Shown: positions 11,583-21,435 of the stretch, one piece after another | Position numbering within the stretch: position 1 is the stretch's first letter | Layout of the letters: each line of letters opens with the position of its first letter | Assembly: GCA_964187785.1 (NCBI GenBank) | Contig: OZ076411.1 | Location: forward strand, 84,506,001-84,570,000 | Direction: 5' to 3' | Length of the DNA: 64,000 nt | Source of the DNA: Amphiscolops sp. MND2022 | Lineage: Eukaryota | Notes under the pieces: model-generated | Database searches by the model: none | What the model saw: only the letters and a program-made list of their open reading frames with translations | What the model was told of the DNA's origin: nothing | Position numbers and translations under genes: made by a program

Positions 11583-11990
11583 ATGTTTTCTGCGAGACAA
11601 ATTTGTGAAAATTTTGTGGCAGTTAACTACTGCTTTCCTAAAAACAGCACCACCAAAAACGCTTTCTTAGCAGTTTGTCGTTATATAGACGAGAATGTTG
11701 ATTTCAGGGAAGTTAACGCTAAGGCACCATTCGGAGGCAAGATAGGGCCAGGCGATAGTAAGTTGGATAACTATCTAAGATTTTCCAAAGTCTTGAGGCT
11801 GTTTGCAATTTTCCATGATGGTCATGGGTACATGCGCAGCTTCGAGGAAGTTGGCCCAGGTTACGTCTACACTCTCACAAAGGCTCAGTCTTTCCACAAC
11901 AATATGCTTCTAAGACATTTCTCAGGAATATCATATTGGTTATTCGTCATATTGTTCCATCGAGAGCATTTCGATGCATTTCCATTTTAA
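11583..11990 (+). CDS. Polinton accessory ORF, unknown function
   Basis: 135-aa ATG-initiated ORF, co-oriented with its neighbours in the compact viral gene array. Confidence 0.5.
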   Translation: MFSARQICENFVAVNYCFPKNSTTKNAFLAVCRYIDENVDFREVNAKAPFGGKIGPGDSKLDNYLRFSKVLRLFAIFHDGHGYMRSFEEVGPGYVYTLTKAQSFHNNMLLRHFSGISYWLFVILFHREHFDAFPF

Positions 11991-12074
11991 CAAGTATTTG
12001 TACTATAAATATTTTTTCTGTTCAGTTGCATCCTGAAGAAGAGATATCAATTTGATTCGAAATTACGCCAGGTT

Positions 12075-12428
12075 TTGAGCGGCCTTGATTTGAGCCATAC
12101 TAGTGGCTACTACAGTAACTTGTCGTTGAACAATCGAAGCGAACAAGAGGATCAAATCGATCACGGAAATTTATCGGTTCCGAACCTTGAAAGAATCATA
12201 TTCGACCAAACAGACAACAAAAGACCACCATACGCTTTTTGTTGTTGTAATTCTCGAGTTGAAAGGTCTCTGGTGTTTGTCTTTTTACATTATTTCATAA
12301 TTGTTGCTGTTTTTACTTTCTGTATTCTTTTCCTAACCCTTTGTGAAAACGACAACAAAGTTTCGTCCGGGGTTCTAGCGATTCTATCAGCTTGCATAGG
12401 CCATATTTTACCTGGTCTAAAATCATGA
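12075..12428 (+). CDS. Small two-transmembrane Polinton/adintovirus protein upstream of the ATPase
   Basis: CCCNSRVERSLVFVFLHYFIIVAVFTFCILFLTL...GVLAILSACIGHILP has two hydrophobic helices. The stop overlaps the ATPase ATG (ATGA at 12425-12428). Only a TTG start is visible. Confidence 0.65.
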   Translation: MSGLDLSHTSGYYSNLSLNNRSEQEDQIDHGNLSVPNLERIIFDQTDNKRPPYAFCCCNSRVERSLVFVFLHYFIIVAVFTFCILFLTLCENDNKVSSGVLAILSACIGHILPGLKS

Positions 12429-13133
12429 ACAAGAGAATCAGTACAAATCCTCTTTGTTTCATTTCTGTTGTGGGGCCAGCTGGTTCTGGCAAGACACGAT
12501 TGATTGGAAGGATGATTTGCAACTTGCAACCAGGAAAAAAATTTTCGCCCTGTCTTTGACAAAATACTATACTTTTTTAAGCATTACCAGCAACCGTATA
12601 GACAATTTGAAGCAGAATGCCTTGCCAACAAAGTTGATCTGCAACTCATTCAAGGCTTGGAGTGGAATGCGTTCGAAGGGGGAGAAATCTTGAAGCAACG
12701 TACTCTCGTCGTTATAGACGACCTGTATGACGAAGCTGCTAACAGCAAAGAGTTTTTGGACCTAGTCATCGCTGGCCGTCATCGCAACGTTCACCTGATG
12801 GTGTTACGGCACAATCTTTTCCAACAGTCCATATACTCGAAGACGATTGATTTGAATGTGACTCAAATTGTTCTTTTCAATAGTCCAAGAGATTCTGAAC
12901 AAATTGGAATTTTGGGACGTCAACTGGGCGAGCGTTCTACTCTATTGAAGGTCTATAAAAGAGCAACTCAAGAAGCATTTGGTCATTTATTGATAGATTT
13001 GGATGTGAGGAGCAGCAGGAACCTCAGATACTGCTCACATTGCTCTGGTGACGAACCATCTCACTTTTATTGCGCGAGAGACGATTTTTTCATCTCAATC
13101 AATGATGAATTTACAAAATTACTATACAGTTGA
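12425..13133 (+). pseudogene. A32/FtsK-like genome packaging ATPase, frameshifted
   Basis: Walker A GPAGSGKT after ATG 12425, Walker B LVVIDD and the GRHRN motif. A 7-bp tandem duplication (TTGCAAC x2, ~12517-12530) shifts the frame, and removing it gives one continuous ORF. Confidence 0.92.
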
Positions 13134-13446
13134 TTCATATCTAAAGTTTTCACCTACATTGAAAAAATTTTTCAGTTTACATTGTCCAGATAATCTATTG
13201 AAGTTTTTCTGTGACTGTGTTTTCAACGTAGTAAAGGGAAAAGTCAAGCTAGACAAAAAGTTGCAAGAAAAAGCTGTCTCCCTGGCACGTGAGAAAGTGA
13301 ATCTAGAAAAAATTTGTTCAAAACGTCGAGTTGCCTTGAAGCGAAAACGCCAAGTATTGGGCTCAGAGAGAGGTTTGCGTCTGTTGAAAATGATTTTACC
13401 CTCCGTACTAATTCATTTGAAAAGTTGCCATGGCATCGAACAGTAG
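13102..13446 (+). CDS. Conserved basic Polinton protein (possibly PW-type)
   Basis: LLKFFCDCVFNVVKGKVKL...KRRVALKRKRQVLGSERG resembles, from memory, the CxxNxLKGNVPL...KKRKLL protein found after Polinton ATPases. It overlaps both neighbouring genes. Confidence 0.6.
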   Translation: MMNLQNYYTVDSYLKFSPTLKKFFSLHCPDNLLKFFCDCVFNVVKGKVKLDKKLQEKAVSLAREKVNLEKICSKRRVALKRKRQVLGSERGLRLLKMILPSVLIHLKSCHGIEQ

Positions 13447-14125
13447 CCTGCGCGACATAATGTTAATCACTCATGAAGAGTACATTTCTCTTAAAAGACA
13501 AGAGAAATCAACAGACGCACGTGAGAAGCAAAAACAGCATTTACTTTCAAAGTTTGCCGAAGCTACTCAAACTAATTTTGAACCGATTGAAGATAACCAG
13601 ATCAAAACTTACAATACGACAAAGGAATTACCCGAAGACTCTTTAGTTGCCCAGTTGAACTTGAATTCATGCTACCATTCGGGAGACTCGAGCACTTCGA
13701 ACGCCGTAGAGATAAAACAATCATACAAAAACCCATCTGATCAAGTTTTGTCAAATTTACTAGAATCTGGAGTGACCGGTGGAAAAGTTGAAAGGTCGAG
13801 ACAAATTTTGAAAAAGATTGAAGATTGCGAACGAACTGCGATAGACAAAACTAATCAAACCATCAATTTAGATCAACAAGGCACGGGAGTAAGTGTTGTA
13901 GAGTTTCTCTCAGCATTGCAAGTCAATACAAAACAATTTCCAAAGAACTTTCTCACCTTGGTTGAAATTCTCAGAATTCCACCATTTCTGCTGGCAAACA
14001 CCTACGCGAGACAGACCAGTAATCAAAATCAGCATCAAATTCGCTTAACGAGCGCAGCGTCTCCCTACAAAAGGCTAAAACTCGACACAGAACAGGGTAG
14101 CAGTCAGTGGTTGACAAATTTTTAG
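13430..14125 (+). CDS. Conserved Polinton protein preceding the integrase (possibly PZ-type)
   Basis: Intact 231 aa. The N-terminal MLITHEEY and C-terminal INLDQQGTGVSVVEFL...LRIPPFLLAN resemble the recurrent uncharacterised Polinton ORF. Family name uncertain. Confidence 0.6.
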   Translation: MASNSSLRDIMLITHEEYISLKRQEKSTDAREKQKQHLLSKFAEATQTNFEPIEDNQIKTYNTTKELPEDSLVAQLNLNSCYHSGDSSTSNAVEIKQSYKNPSDQVLSNLLESGVTGGKVERSRQILKKIEDCERTAIDKTNQTINLDQQGTGVSVVEFLSALQVNTKQFPKNFLTLVEILRIPPFLLANTYARQTSNQNQHQIRLTSAASPYKRLKLDTEQGSSQWLTNF

Positions 14126-14126
14126 A

Positions 14127-15284
14127 ATGAAAAGGTGGTTTTGTGGATCTTGTAAAACGCCTCTGGGTAAAGGATCCAAAACATCTCCCTCACTTTGGTG
14201 TCATGTCTGCGGTTGCGTGCATTTCAAATGCAGCGGTCTCGCGAACAGCAAGGAATACAACGACAACTTTTTGTGCTCTAAGTGTAATCGAAGCAGAATT
14301 CTACTCAGCGACGAAGCTGACCAAGATTATGCTACTTCCTTCACGAAAATTCACGAAAGTTATACAAATCCAAGGAGCAAAGCAGCTTTTGGAAGCAGAC
14401 GCAACTTGGTAACAACTTCCCAATGCTCTCCCAAAAATGTAGATCGATACCTCAATTCGAGCGAAACGTACACAAAATTCAAACTAACCAGGAAACGTTT
14501 CGTGCGATTGAAAGTTGTCAGTTATAGGTTGAATGAACATTGGTCAGTTGATTTGGCCGATATGCAAAAACTCGCAGCTAACAACAGCGGAATTAGATAT
14601 CTGTTTGTGGCAGTAGACGCCCTAAGCCGTTATCTCTGGGTAGAACCCCTCAAACTTAAAACATCACAAGCTTGCAAAGAAGCTCTAATGAGGATCATTG
14701 TCAAAAACGAAAAGCCTCCGGTACCCAAAATTTGCACTGCAACGCATCAGCCTGAGAAGATTTGGGTAGACAAGGGCCGCGAATTCTCTGGAGAGTTTGC
14801 CAGTTTTTGTCGATCAAAGGATATTGTGATTTATTCCACCAAAAGCGAAACAAAGTCTGCACTGGCGGAAAGAAATATTCGATCTCTCAAATCATTGATC
14901 TTCAAGTACATGCACAAGCATGACCGTAACACTTACATTGATGAAATTGATCAGTTTGTTTCGATCATTAGCCGTCGCGTGAACCGCATGACAAAATTGG
15001 CTCCCGCTTCAGTCTCCAAAAAAGACGTGCCCTACTTAGTATCGCTTTGTCACACCAATGATCTGCAGCAACCAAAATTCAAAGTTGGCGATCAAGTTCG
15101 AATTCGACGCAAAATTGATACATTTCATCGAGGATATAAGATTCAATTTACTGAAGAATTGTTCACTGTAACTTCGATTCCCACTTGCAACCCTCCCACT
15201 TGCATTTTCAAGGATAGAAATAACGAAATTATTCATGGAAAGTTTTACGAACCCGAACTCGTGAAGTTCGTAGTACCATCCTAG
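14127..15284 (+). CDS. int: Retroviral-type (rve) DDE integrase with N-terminal PHD finger
   Basis: Intact 385 aa. Catalytic motifs WSVDLADM, WVDKGREF and LAERNIRSLK, plus C-terminal FKVGDQVRI...GKFYEPEL. N-terminal CGSC-x15-CHVC-x3-H-x2-C-x14-CSKC (C4HC3). Confidence 0.95.
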   Translation: MKRWFCGSCKTPLGKGSKTSPSLWCHVCGCVHFKCSGLANSKEYNDNFLCSKCNRSRILLSDEADQDYATSFTKIHESYTNPRSKAAFGSRRNLVTTSQCSPKNVDRYLNSSETYTKFKLTRKRFVRLKVVSYRLNEHWSVDLADMQKLAANNSGIRYLFVAVDALSRYLWVEPLKLKTSQACKEALMRIIVKNEKPPVPKICTATHQPEKIWVDKGREFSGEFASFCRSKDIVIYSTKSETKSALAERNIRSLKSLIFKYMHKHDRNTYIDEIDQFVSIISRRVNRMTKLAPASVSKKDVPYLVSLCHTNDLQQPKFKVGDQVRIRRKIDTFHRGYKIQFTEELFTVTSIPTCNPPTCIFKDRNNEIIHGKFYEPELVKFVVPS

Positions 15285-15303
15285 TCTGAAACGAATTGGA
15301 GAC

Positions 15304-16280
15304 ATGGGCAGAACAAGCAGCCGAGGTGGTCAAGAGTTTACGATGAACCTAATATCGAACGCGTCCATGACTACTTTTCCCGGAAACACTTTGTCAAACT
15401 TCACGACACTGTTACCAACAACAAAGTCCTTGCCTGGCGATTGGCAAGTGGCACTGGTTGAAATTGCTTGGCCGGCAATGATCCAAAACGTTACTGTTGG
15501 AGAGTTTACAGTCTCAAAAAAAGTGCCGGCCTTGTTAGTTGAAAAATATCCTAGGCATCACAAACACGGTTTGATCTCGATGGCGGTCCCTTCAGCATTA
15601 ACCCAAATACCAAGTTACAGTGAACCTGTAACGCTCTGTATTAAGTCCGGTTGTTACCCATCGGTGGACTCAATAATGAAAGCCATCATGAAAGCTGCTC
15701 TAGGCAAGAAAGATGGCAAATTGATCGAAAATCTTCGGACGAATGACTCTTTGATGTCTTGGAAAATTGATAGTGTAACGAGGAGGTTACATGTCTAGTC
15801 GAGCGGCATTGCTGAAAACGAGGCATTTAAAATTATTGCAGTCTCGGACGATTTGAAAAACATTTTGGGCACCGATATAATCATCGATTGTCAATCTCAA
15901 AATAGTCACGAAGCTGAATCTCCTGACAAAATTGCTTCAGGAACTGTCAAGGTTGTGAAACAAGTCGGACTGTTGCCCGTCGATTTGAATGCCGGCAGTC
16001 ACACAATGTTTCTCTATTGTGATCTTGTACAAAACGAGACGCTGGGGAAACGCAGACGGCACTCATGAGGTCCATTCCGCTCAAGAGTATAGCTTTGGCG
16101 CAAACTATGGGTGAGGTGAACCACAAGAGCTTCACAAACTTGCAGTGGAAGCGAATCGTCAAACCACAATTTCAGTCAATCAGTCTATTTCTCGCCAATG
16201 AGATGGGTCAAAAGATGCCCTTTTTGAGCTGCGGACACACCAACATTACTTTAGCATTCCGACCGGTGCCGCGAAATTAA
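15304..16280 (+). pseudogene. Minor capsid (penton-like) protein with a premature stop and a frameshift
   Basis: FTMNLISNASMTTFPGNTLSNFTTLLP...WQVALVEIAWP start and MFLYCDLV...ITLAFRP end. In-frame TAG at 15796-15798 and a frameshift in the ggggaaa run near 16045. Confidence 0.88.
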
Positions 16281-16352
16281 TCCGCGTCATTCGTTTTCCA
16301 ACGTTTGGGAGGTTCAGTTGGTGGTCAATTTCAAATACTGCTTGCTTTCACA

Positions 16353-16823
16353 ATGGATGCTCACTATGATTTGCAAATTAAATCAGTCATCGCTCACACC
16401 AATTACAGTGGATCTGCCAGACAGATGGGATCTGGAGGTGGGCTGGGAGCGTTTGCGGTCCGTATGGGACGTGTGGCCATTCCTCTAGTAAGGAAATACG
16501 TTTTGCCTGTGGCAAGACAAGTTGGTAAAAACTTGCTGGAGACTGCAATTCCCGAGATTGGAGATGTCCTGACTGGCAAAAAGAAGCCCAATCGGAAACT
16601 TTTAGCCAGTGTTGCGAAAAAGACTGCTGCAAAAACAATGAGTAAAAACTTGCCGGCGGGCGTCGCACTTCGCGAAACCGGGGTCGGCGCGACGGGCGAC
16701 GAATGGGAGCGTCGGAGGCGGCGAACGGGCCGTGGCAGGATTGGTCAACAGGAAACGAAACAGTTTGACCAGCATTTCGCGCAAAACAGCCGCCAAAAGA
16801 AGTCTGTCCAACATTTTGTCTGA
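16353..16823 (+). CDS. Basic Gly-rich virion core or membrane-active protein upstream of the MCP
   Basis: RQMGSGGGLGAFAVRMGRVAIPLVRKYVLPVARQVGKNLL has a QxGxG motif followed by amphipathic basic helices, as in adintovirus ORFs at this position. The 3' end may be frameshifted. Confidence 0.65.
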   Translation: MDAHYDLQIKSVIAHTNYSGSARQMGSGGGLGAFAVRMGRVAIPLVRKYVLPVARQVGKNLLETAIPEIGDVLTGKKKPNRKLLASVAKKTAAKTMSKNLPAGVALRETGVGATGDEWERRRRRTGRGRIGQQETKQFDQHFAQNSRQKKSVQHFV

Positions 16824-16853
16824 AATTCAATATTCCAATTAAAACTCGTCAAG

Positions 16854-18209
16854 CTGGCGTCCGTCAACAATTTATTTGTCGGCAGTGCAACAGAGATCGC
16901 GAGGCCCGTGACACACGGTGCGTTGGATTTTTTCGAGAAACCAGGAGTTATGATCAAGTATGAAGGCGCCTACAATCAAGAAGTTTTTCCACACGTGGGT
17001 TGCTGTGGACCTCAAATGGACTTTTTTGTTGCTGCGGAAGCAAAAAACCTAATAGATTTGAATCGCATCGTTCTTTGCGTTGAAGTAGCAATTTATCTTG
17101 AAGATGGCAAAACCAAAACCAAACCTGGTGATTTTGACGTTGTTTTCTCCAACAACACACTTCACACTCTCTTCTCACATGCGGAACTTTACCTAAACGA
17201 AAAATTGATTTCGCACAGCAATAATTGTTACTTGCATTCAGCACTTGTGGAGACTGAATTTTCAACTGACACGGAAAGCAAAAACTCATGGGCCGAATGC
17301 CAAGGATACAACTATTTGGCCACGTCGACCGGAAAAGTTAAACAGTTTAACAAGCTCGCTGCCAGCTTTGCAGAAAAAAAGGAATGCAAAATTCAGCTCT
17401 GCGGTGCTCTCCACGTTGACTTTTTGGACTGTGAGAAATTTTTTACTTCCAAATGTAACTCTACATGTGCGTCTATATCGATCTCCAAACAACACTGTTC
17501 TCCATCTGAAGGGCACTGATGACGATGCCAAGAACCTTGACGGTAAAATACTTCCAGTTGTTGAAAAAGCCTCTCTCTTTGTTCGAAAAGTGGTCGTGAC
17601 TGACAGTGTCAAATTGTCAATTGAGAGGGCATTAATGAAAAGTGACGCAATATATCCCTATATTGAAAGTTTGAACAAAAGTTTTATCATTCAAGATGAA
17701 CAAAATTGTTTCATAAAGGAGAATATTTTCAGGACAGAGCCCATTCGGCATCTAACTTTGTGTATAGTAAAAGTTTCTCTTTTTCGGAGTACTCCACTCA
17801 ATGAAAAGTGGAGCCATTCTCCTATCAAAAGTTCAACTTGCAGCGAGTAGAAATTCAGCGGGGAAATGGGGTTCTTCTCGCTGGAACTCCCCTAGACACC
17901 ACAAACAATGTGAGGTTATATTACAATACGATAACAGCACTCGGCTTTAAGGAAAAAAGCAACGGAATCAAACTTGAGGATTACGAGGACATTCATTTTT
18001 TCCTTGTTTTTGACTTGACTTCAACAGAGGAGGCTAGCAAAAATTTTACACTCTTTCCCGAACCCACCGGTTCCAGCCTAACTTTAAAGTTGTACTTTGA
18101 AAAAGCTCTCGACGATGCAATCGAGTTATTTTTGATTGGGGAACGGTTCAGTCAAGTCACTATCGATTCAGCAAGAAATATAAAGAAAAACAAACCCTAC
18201 GATGGATAG
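16854..18209 (+). pseudogene. Major capsid protein (double jelly-roll, hexon-like), frameshifted
   Basis: ALDFFEKP, NNTLHTLFSHAELYLN, LHVDFL, YQKFNL, FFLVFDLT and LKLYF motifs are spread over three frames, with shifts near 17445 and 17805. The probable start has mutated to CTG at 16854 (inferred). Confidence 0.92.
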
Positions 18210-18732
18210 CGCAACTCTGAAACACATGATTCTTGGCAACTCCACACTGAGCGTAGCCTTTGCGGGAATGTGGTCAGCGGACAATTTCAGCTTGCAACCA
18301 GTATCTACTGAAACGAACACAAACCTTCTTGCGAGCGAACGATTGGTTTGGTTTCAAATTGTGAATATTTCCCCCAAACACTCACATGGATCGCACTGGT
18401 TACTTCTCGGCGCTACAATTGCGCAAGGACAAAAGAAATTGCAGGTGTTCGTCTGGGACTGTTTGGGTCGACCAGTGTCTCTCTACACAACGTTTTTCAA
18501 TCGCCTGAATCAATTGTATGGCAAAACGGGATATCGACAAATTGCACTCAAACTTCAGAATGCTAGTTCCAGTATGTGTGGTCTCTATTGTCTCTTTTGG
18601 ATTCACTATATATTAAAGAAACACTGCGAATTGTCTCAAATGGATGAAAAATTGAAATTATGTAGTGAAATTGAAATAATCTGTTTCATAAATGATAAAT
18701 ACAAAACTTTATTCAGACATACTGTGCGTTGA
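18202..18732 (+). CDS. Adenain-like cysteine maturation protease
   Basis: Intact 176 aa with IVN...GSHW, VWDCLG, LQ...SSMCGLYC (His/Asp/Gln/Cys catalytic set). The start overlaps the MCP stop. Confidence 0.9.
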   Translation: MDSATLKHMILGNSTLSVAFAGMWSADNFSLQPVSTETNTNLLASERLVWFQIVNISPKHSHGSHWLLLGATIAQGQKKLQVFVWDCLGRPVSLYTTFFNRLNQLYGKTGYRQIALKLQNASSSMCGLYCLFWIHYILKKHCELSQMDEKLKLCSEIEIICFINDKYKTLFRHTVR

Positions 18733-18789
18733 ATAAAAATAAATTTTCATAGCAACCTTGTTTTCACTTTGATAAGACTAGACCAGGCC

Positions 18790-19504
18790 ATGCGTCGCGT
18801 CGTGTTCATCGCTACTGGAAGAATAGTCTACAATTTGTATTTTACGACTACTTTGACTGTTCATTCTTCTCGAGGGAAGCTGCTCATTGGCTTCAATACA
18901 ATCGTCACCACTTGACTCTTGGGCCTCGTAGTTGATAAACGGGCAATTGAACTTGTCTTGGTTTTCATCAGCTTCAAGTTATACAGACAAATTGTCCCAG
19001 TCAACAATATCCGAAAGCTCATCATCGTCGGCTATTGAAGTTTGTTGGTAAAGACCAGGGTCTGGGGCAGCTAAAAGAAAAACAAGATCAGACTGGTATG
19101 CTAAAAGTACAGGCTCTTGAAAAAATGTAGCTTTGAAATCGATACTAGTATTACTCACTGAAACTAGCCGATTGCCATGCTCTTTTCAGGGGACTGTTTT
19201 GGCTTTGTAAAGAGGCAGACGATTCATCTGATGAACTTGATGAACTACTTCTACTACTTTCGTGGCTGTCACTTGGGGAGGATAAGCTATCGTTGCTGCT
19301 GCTTGAGCTTCTCAAACTCTCACAGTCGGTAGATTCGTCATTTGTCGGTTTGACGGAACCTTCAGGAATACTTTGAAAGTTTTGCACTTGGGCGAATCTT
19401 TTAATGAAATTGAATAAACTAACCTCGGAGAGATGAAGGTATTTTATAATGACCATAGGCGAGAGAATTGATTCCATCATACAGGATGTACCGCTTGTCG
19501 TCAA
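18790..19504 (-). pseudogene. Degraded acidic, Ser-rich ORF downstream of pPolB
   Basis: A 117-aa Ser/Asp-rich ORF (19151-19504) is followed by further acidic in-frame stretches (IADDDELSDIVDWD, EADENQDKF) broken by stops. Confidence 0.35.
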
Positions 19505-21435
19505 ACGAGCTGAGAGCTATTTTGTCGACAGAGTTTACCACAATTTGATGATTGAAGGAACGAAGTTGGGTCATTCTTTTGGTGAAATTCTTTTTCGATA
19601 GAAGGCTTTGTTAGAAAAGTTCGTGATGCAGAGTCTTTTTAACCGTTTTGGAGACGCCTTTCGCGCTCTTTTTTACCTCCAACAAAATCTATACTATGAA
19701 GTTTGGACCTCAGACATACTACCTTGCGAAGGATTTTACCCTGCAGTTCATCTGTCATTGTCGAGGATACCTTTTTGTTGGTAGGATCAGACAAAAAATG
19801 TTCACGTGGATAATCTGAAAGGTCCAGTAGGTGCTTGAAACATGCCATGTCTTGGTACAAGTCACTTGTCTCGATACAGTATAGGAGGGAATCAGTATCT
19901 TTGTATGCCAGTTTTAATCGGGCCGCAGTATACCGAGGAATCATCACTTCGTAGTGGAATTTGTAGAGAGAAAATTTTGATAGATCCAGAATAGCAGCAC
20001 CCACCGGAGTTGGTTTGTCCCACACCACAGAAGTCATTTTGAAGGAAACACTAACAAGTTTCTCGTTGATGACCTGAAAAGACTTGAAAGATGCTTTCTC
20101 AACAAAAGATTCGGCCTGCCTCGCACTTGAAACAAACTTTAGGTTGTTGCGCTTCCGTAGATTCTCCATGGTCTTTCCAAAGCAAGCATTACTCATTAGT
20201 TTGAAAAAAGCCTTCTCGAAATCATTGTCTGCTTGTTTCCGCATAACAGTGTTTTTTTCGATGTAGACACCGCGCCACTTGCTCTGTTTGAATTCGCAAA
20301 CACGATGCAGTCTGTCTACAACGAGACCGTGCTTGACATAGAATTTCAGATTTTCATAGTGACATACATAGTTCTTCTTATCGAAGAGAGTCTCTATCAA
20401 TTTGGCCGTTTTGCGCGGCTTAACACCGAAGCTTTCAGCATAGTCAGATAGCGAAGAATGTTGAATGATCTTTTTCTCAGGTGCCAGTGGAGGGCCATTG
20501 TGAGCATCGTGTAAATGCTTAGGATATAGAAAGTCAACTTCAACAAAGTAACCTAGAGGTGAATCAGTTGGAGTATCAAGCAATTCCTGTAGGGTAATAG
20601 ACGTGTTCCATTTGTAATCTCCGCTTGGCATCAATTTTTGCATTGTACCCGCATAAAGGGATGTTTCATCGAAAAAGGCACCAAAAGTAGTGGTTTCACT
20701 GGAAGAAAAACTCGATAACAGGGGATTGTTGGCTGTAAAGTGTCGAACTTCACCAATTCCATTGACTCCGCCACGTATAGCCCGTTCGAAAAACATTAGT
20801 TTATCGATATCATCCAGCAAACCCGACTTGGCTTCAGTTGAAATGAGCATAGCGTCCCAACTAAGGTTCGGGGCTGAAAAGAAGTGTGCCGGATCGAGTT
20901 TGTACACCTTGATGCAAACCCTTCTGAAGTTTTCAAAAATATCAGCCAGAAGCAAAACGTCGGTTTGTAAGTAAACATCATGATAATCGCCGAGTGTTTT
21001 ACAAGAGAATGCGTTGTAGATGGAAACAGCTTCATCAAACTCTTTATTAGTGATATCAATTGATCCCGTCAAGGAGTTTTTCCAGTCGTTGCCATATGGT
21101 GGCAAGGGTCCTTCAAATTTACTGAAGCTATCCAAGAAACCGTAGGAAAAACAACCCTTTTTAATGAGTTTATTGAATAACTCCAAGGAAGTGTTGGAAA
21201 AGTAGCCACGAAAATGAACGAAATCTTTGGACTGCAACGTTTTTGCCAAAGCGTCAAGACTCTGAGGCATAGATTGTAAGCTGTCGAGAAATCTGAGCGA
21301 ATGATATGGTGACACTATTCGATTTCGTTTGTCCTTATAACTCCCAACGGGAACGGCAATACTAACAGAAGTGTAGGTTTCATCGGTCTTGGATATTGCT
21401 GAAAGTTTTTCACCAGGTTTTAGCTGTAGATTTTT

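Noticed and set aside
16387-16957. Minus-strand ORFs over the core-protein/MCP junction
   Set aside because: Antisense shadows of GC-rich plus-strand viral genes, with no motifs.
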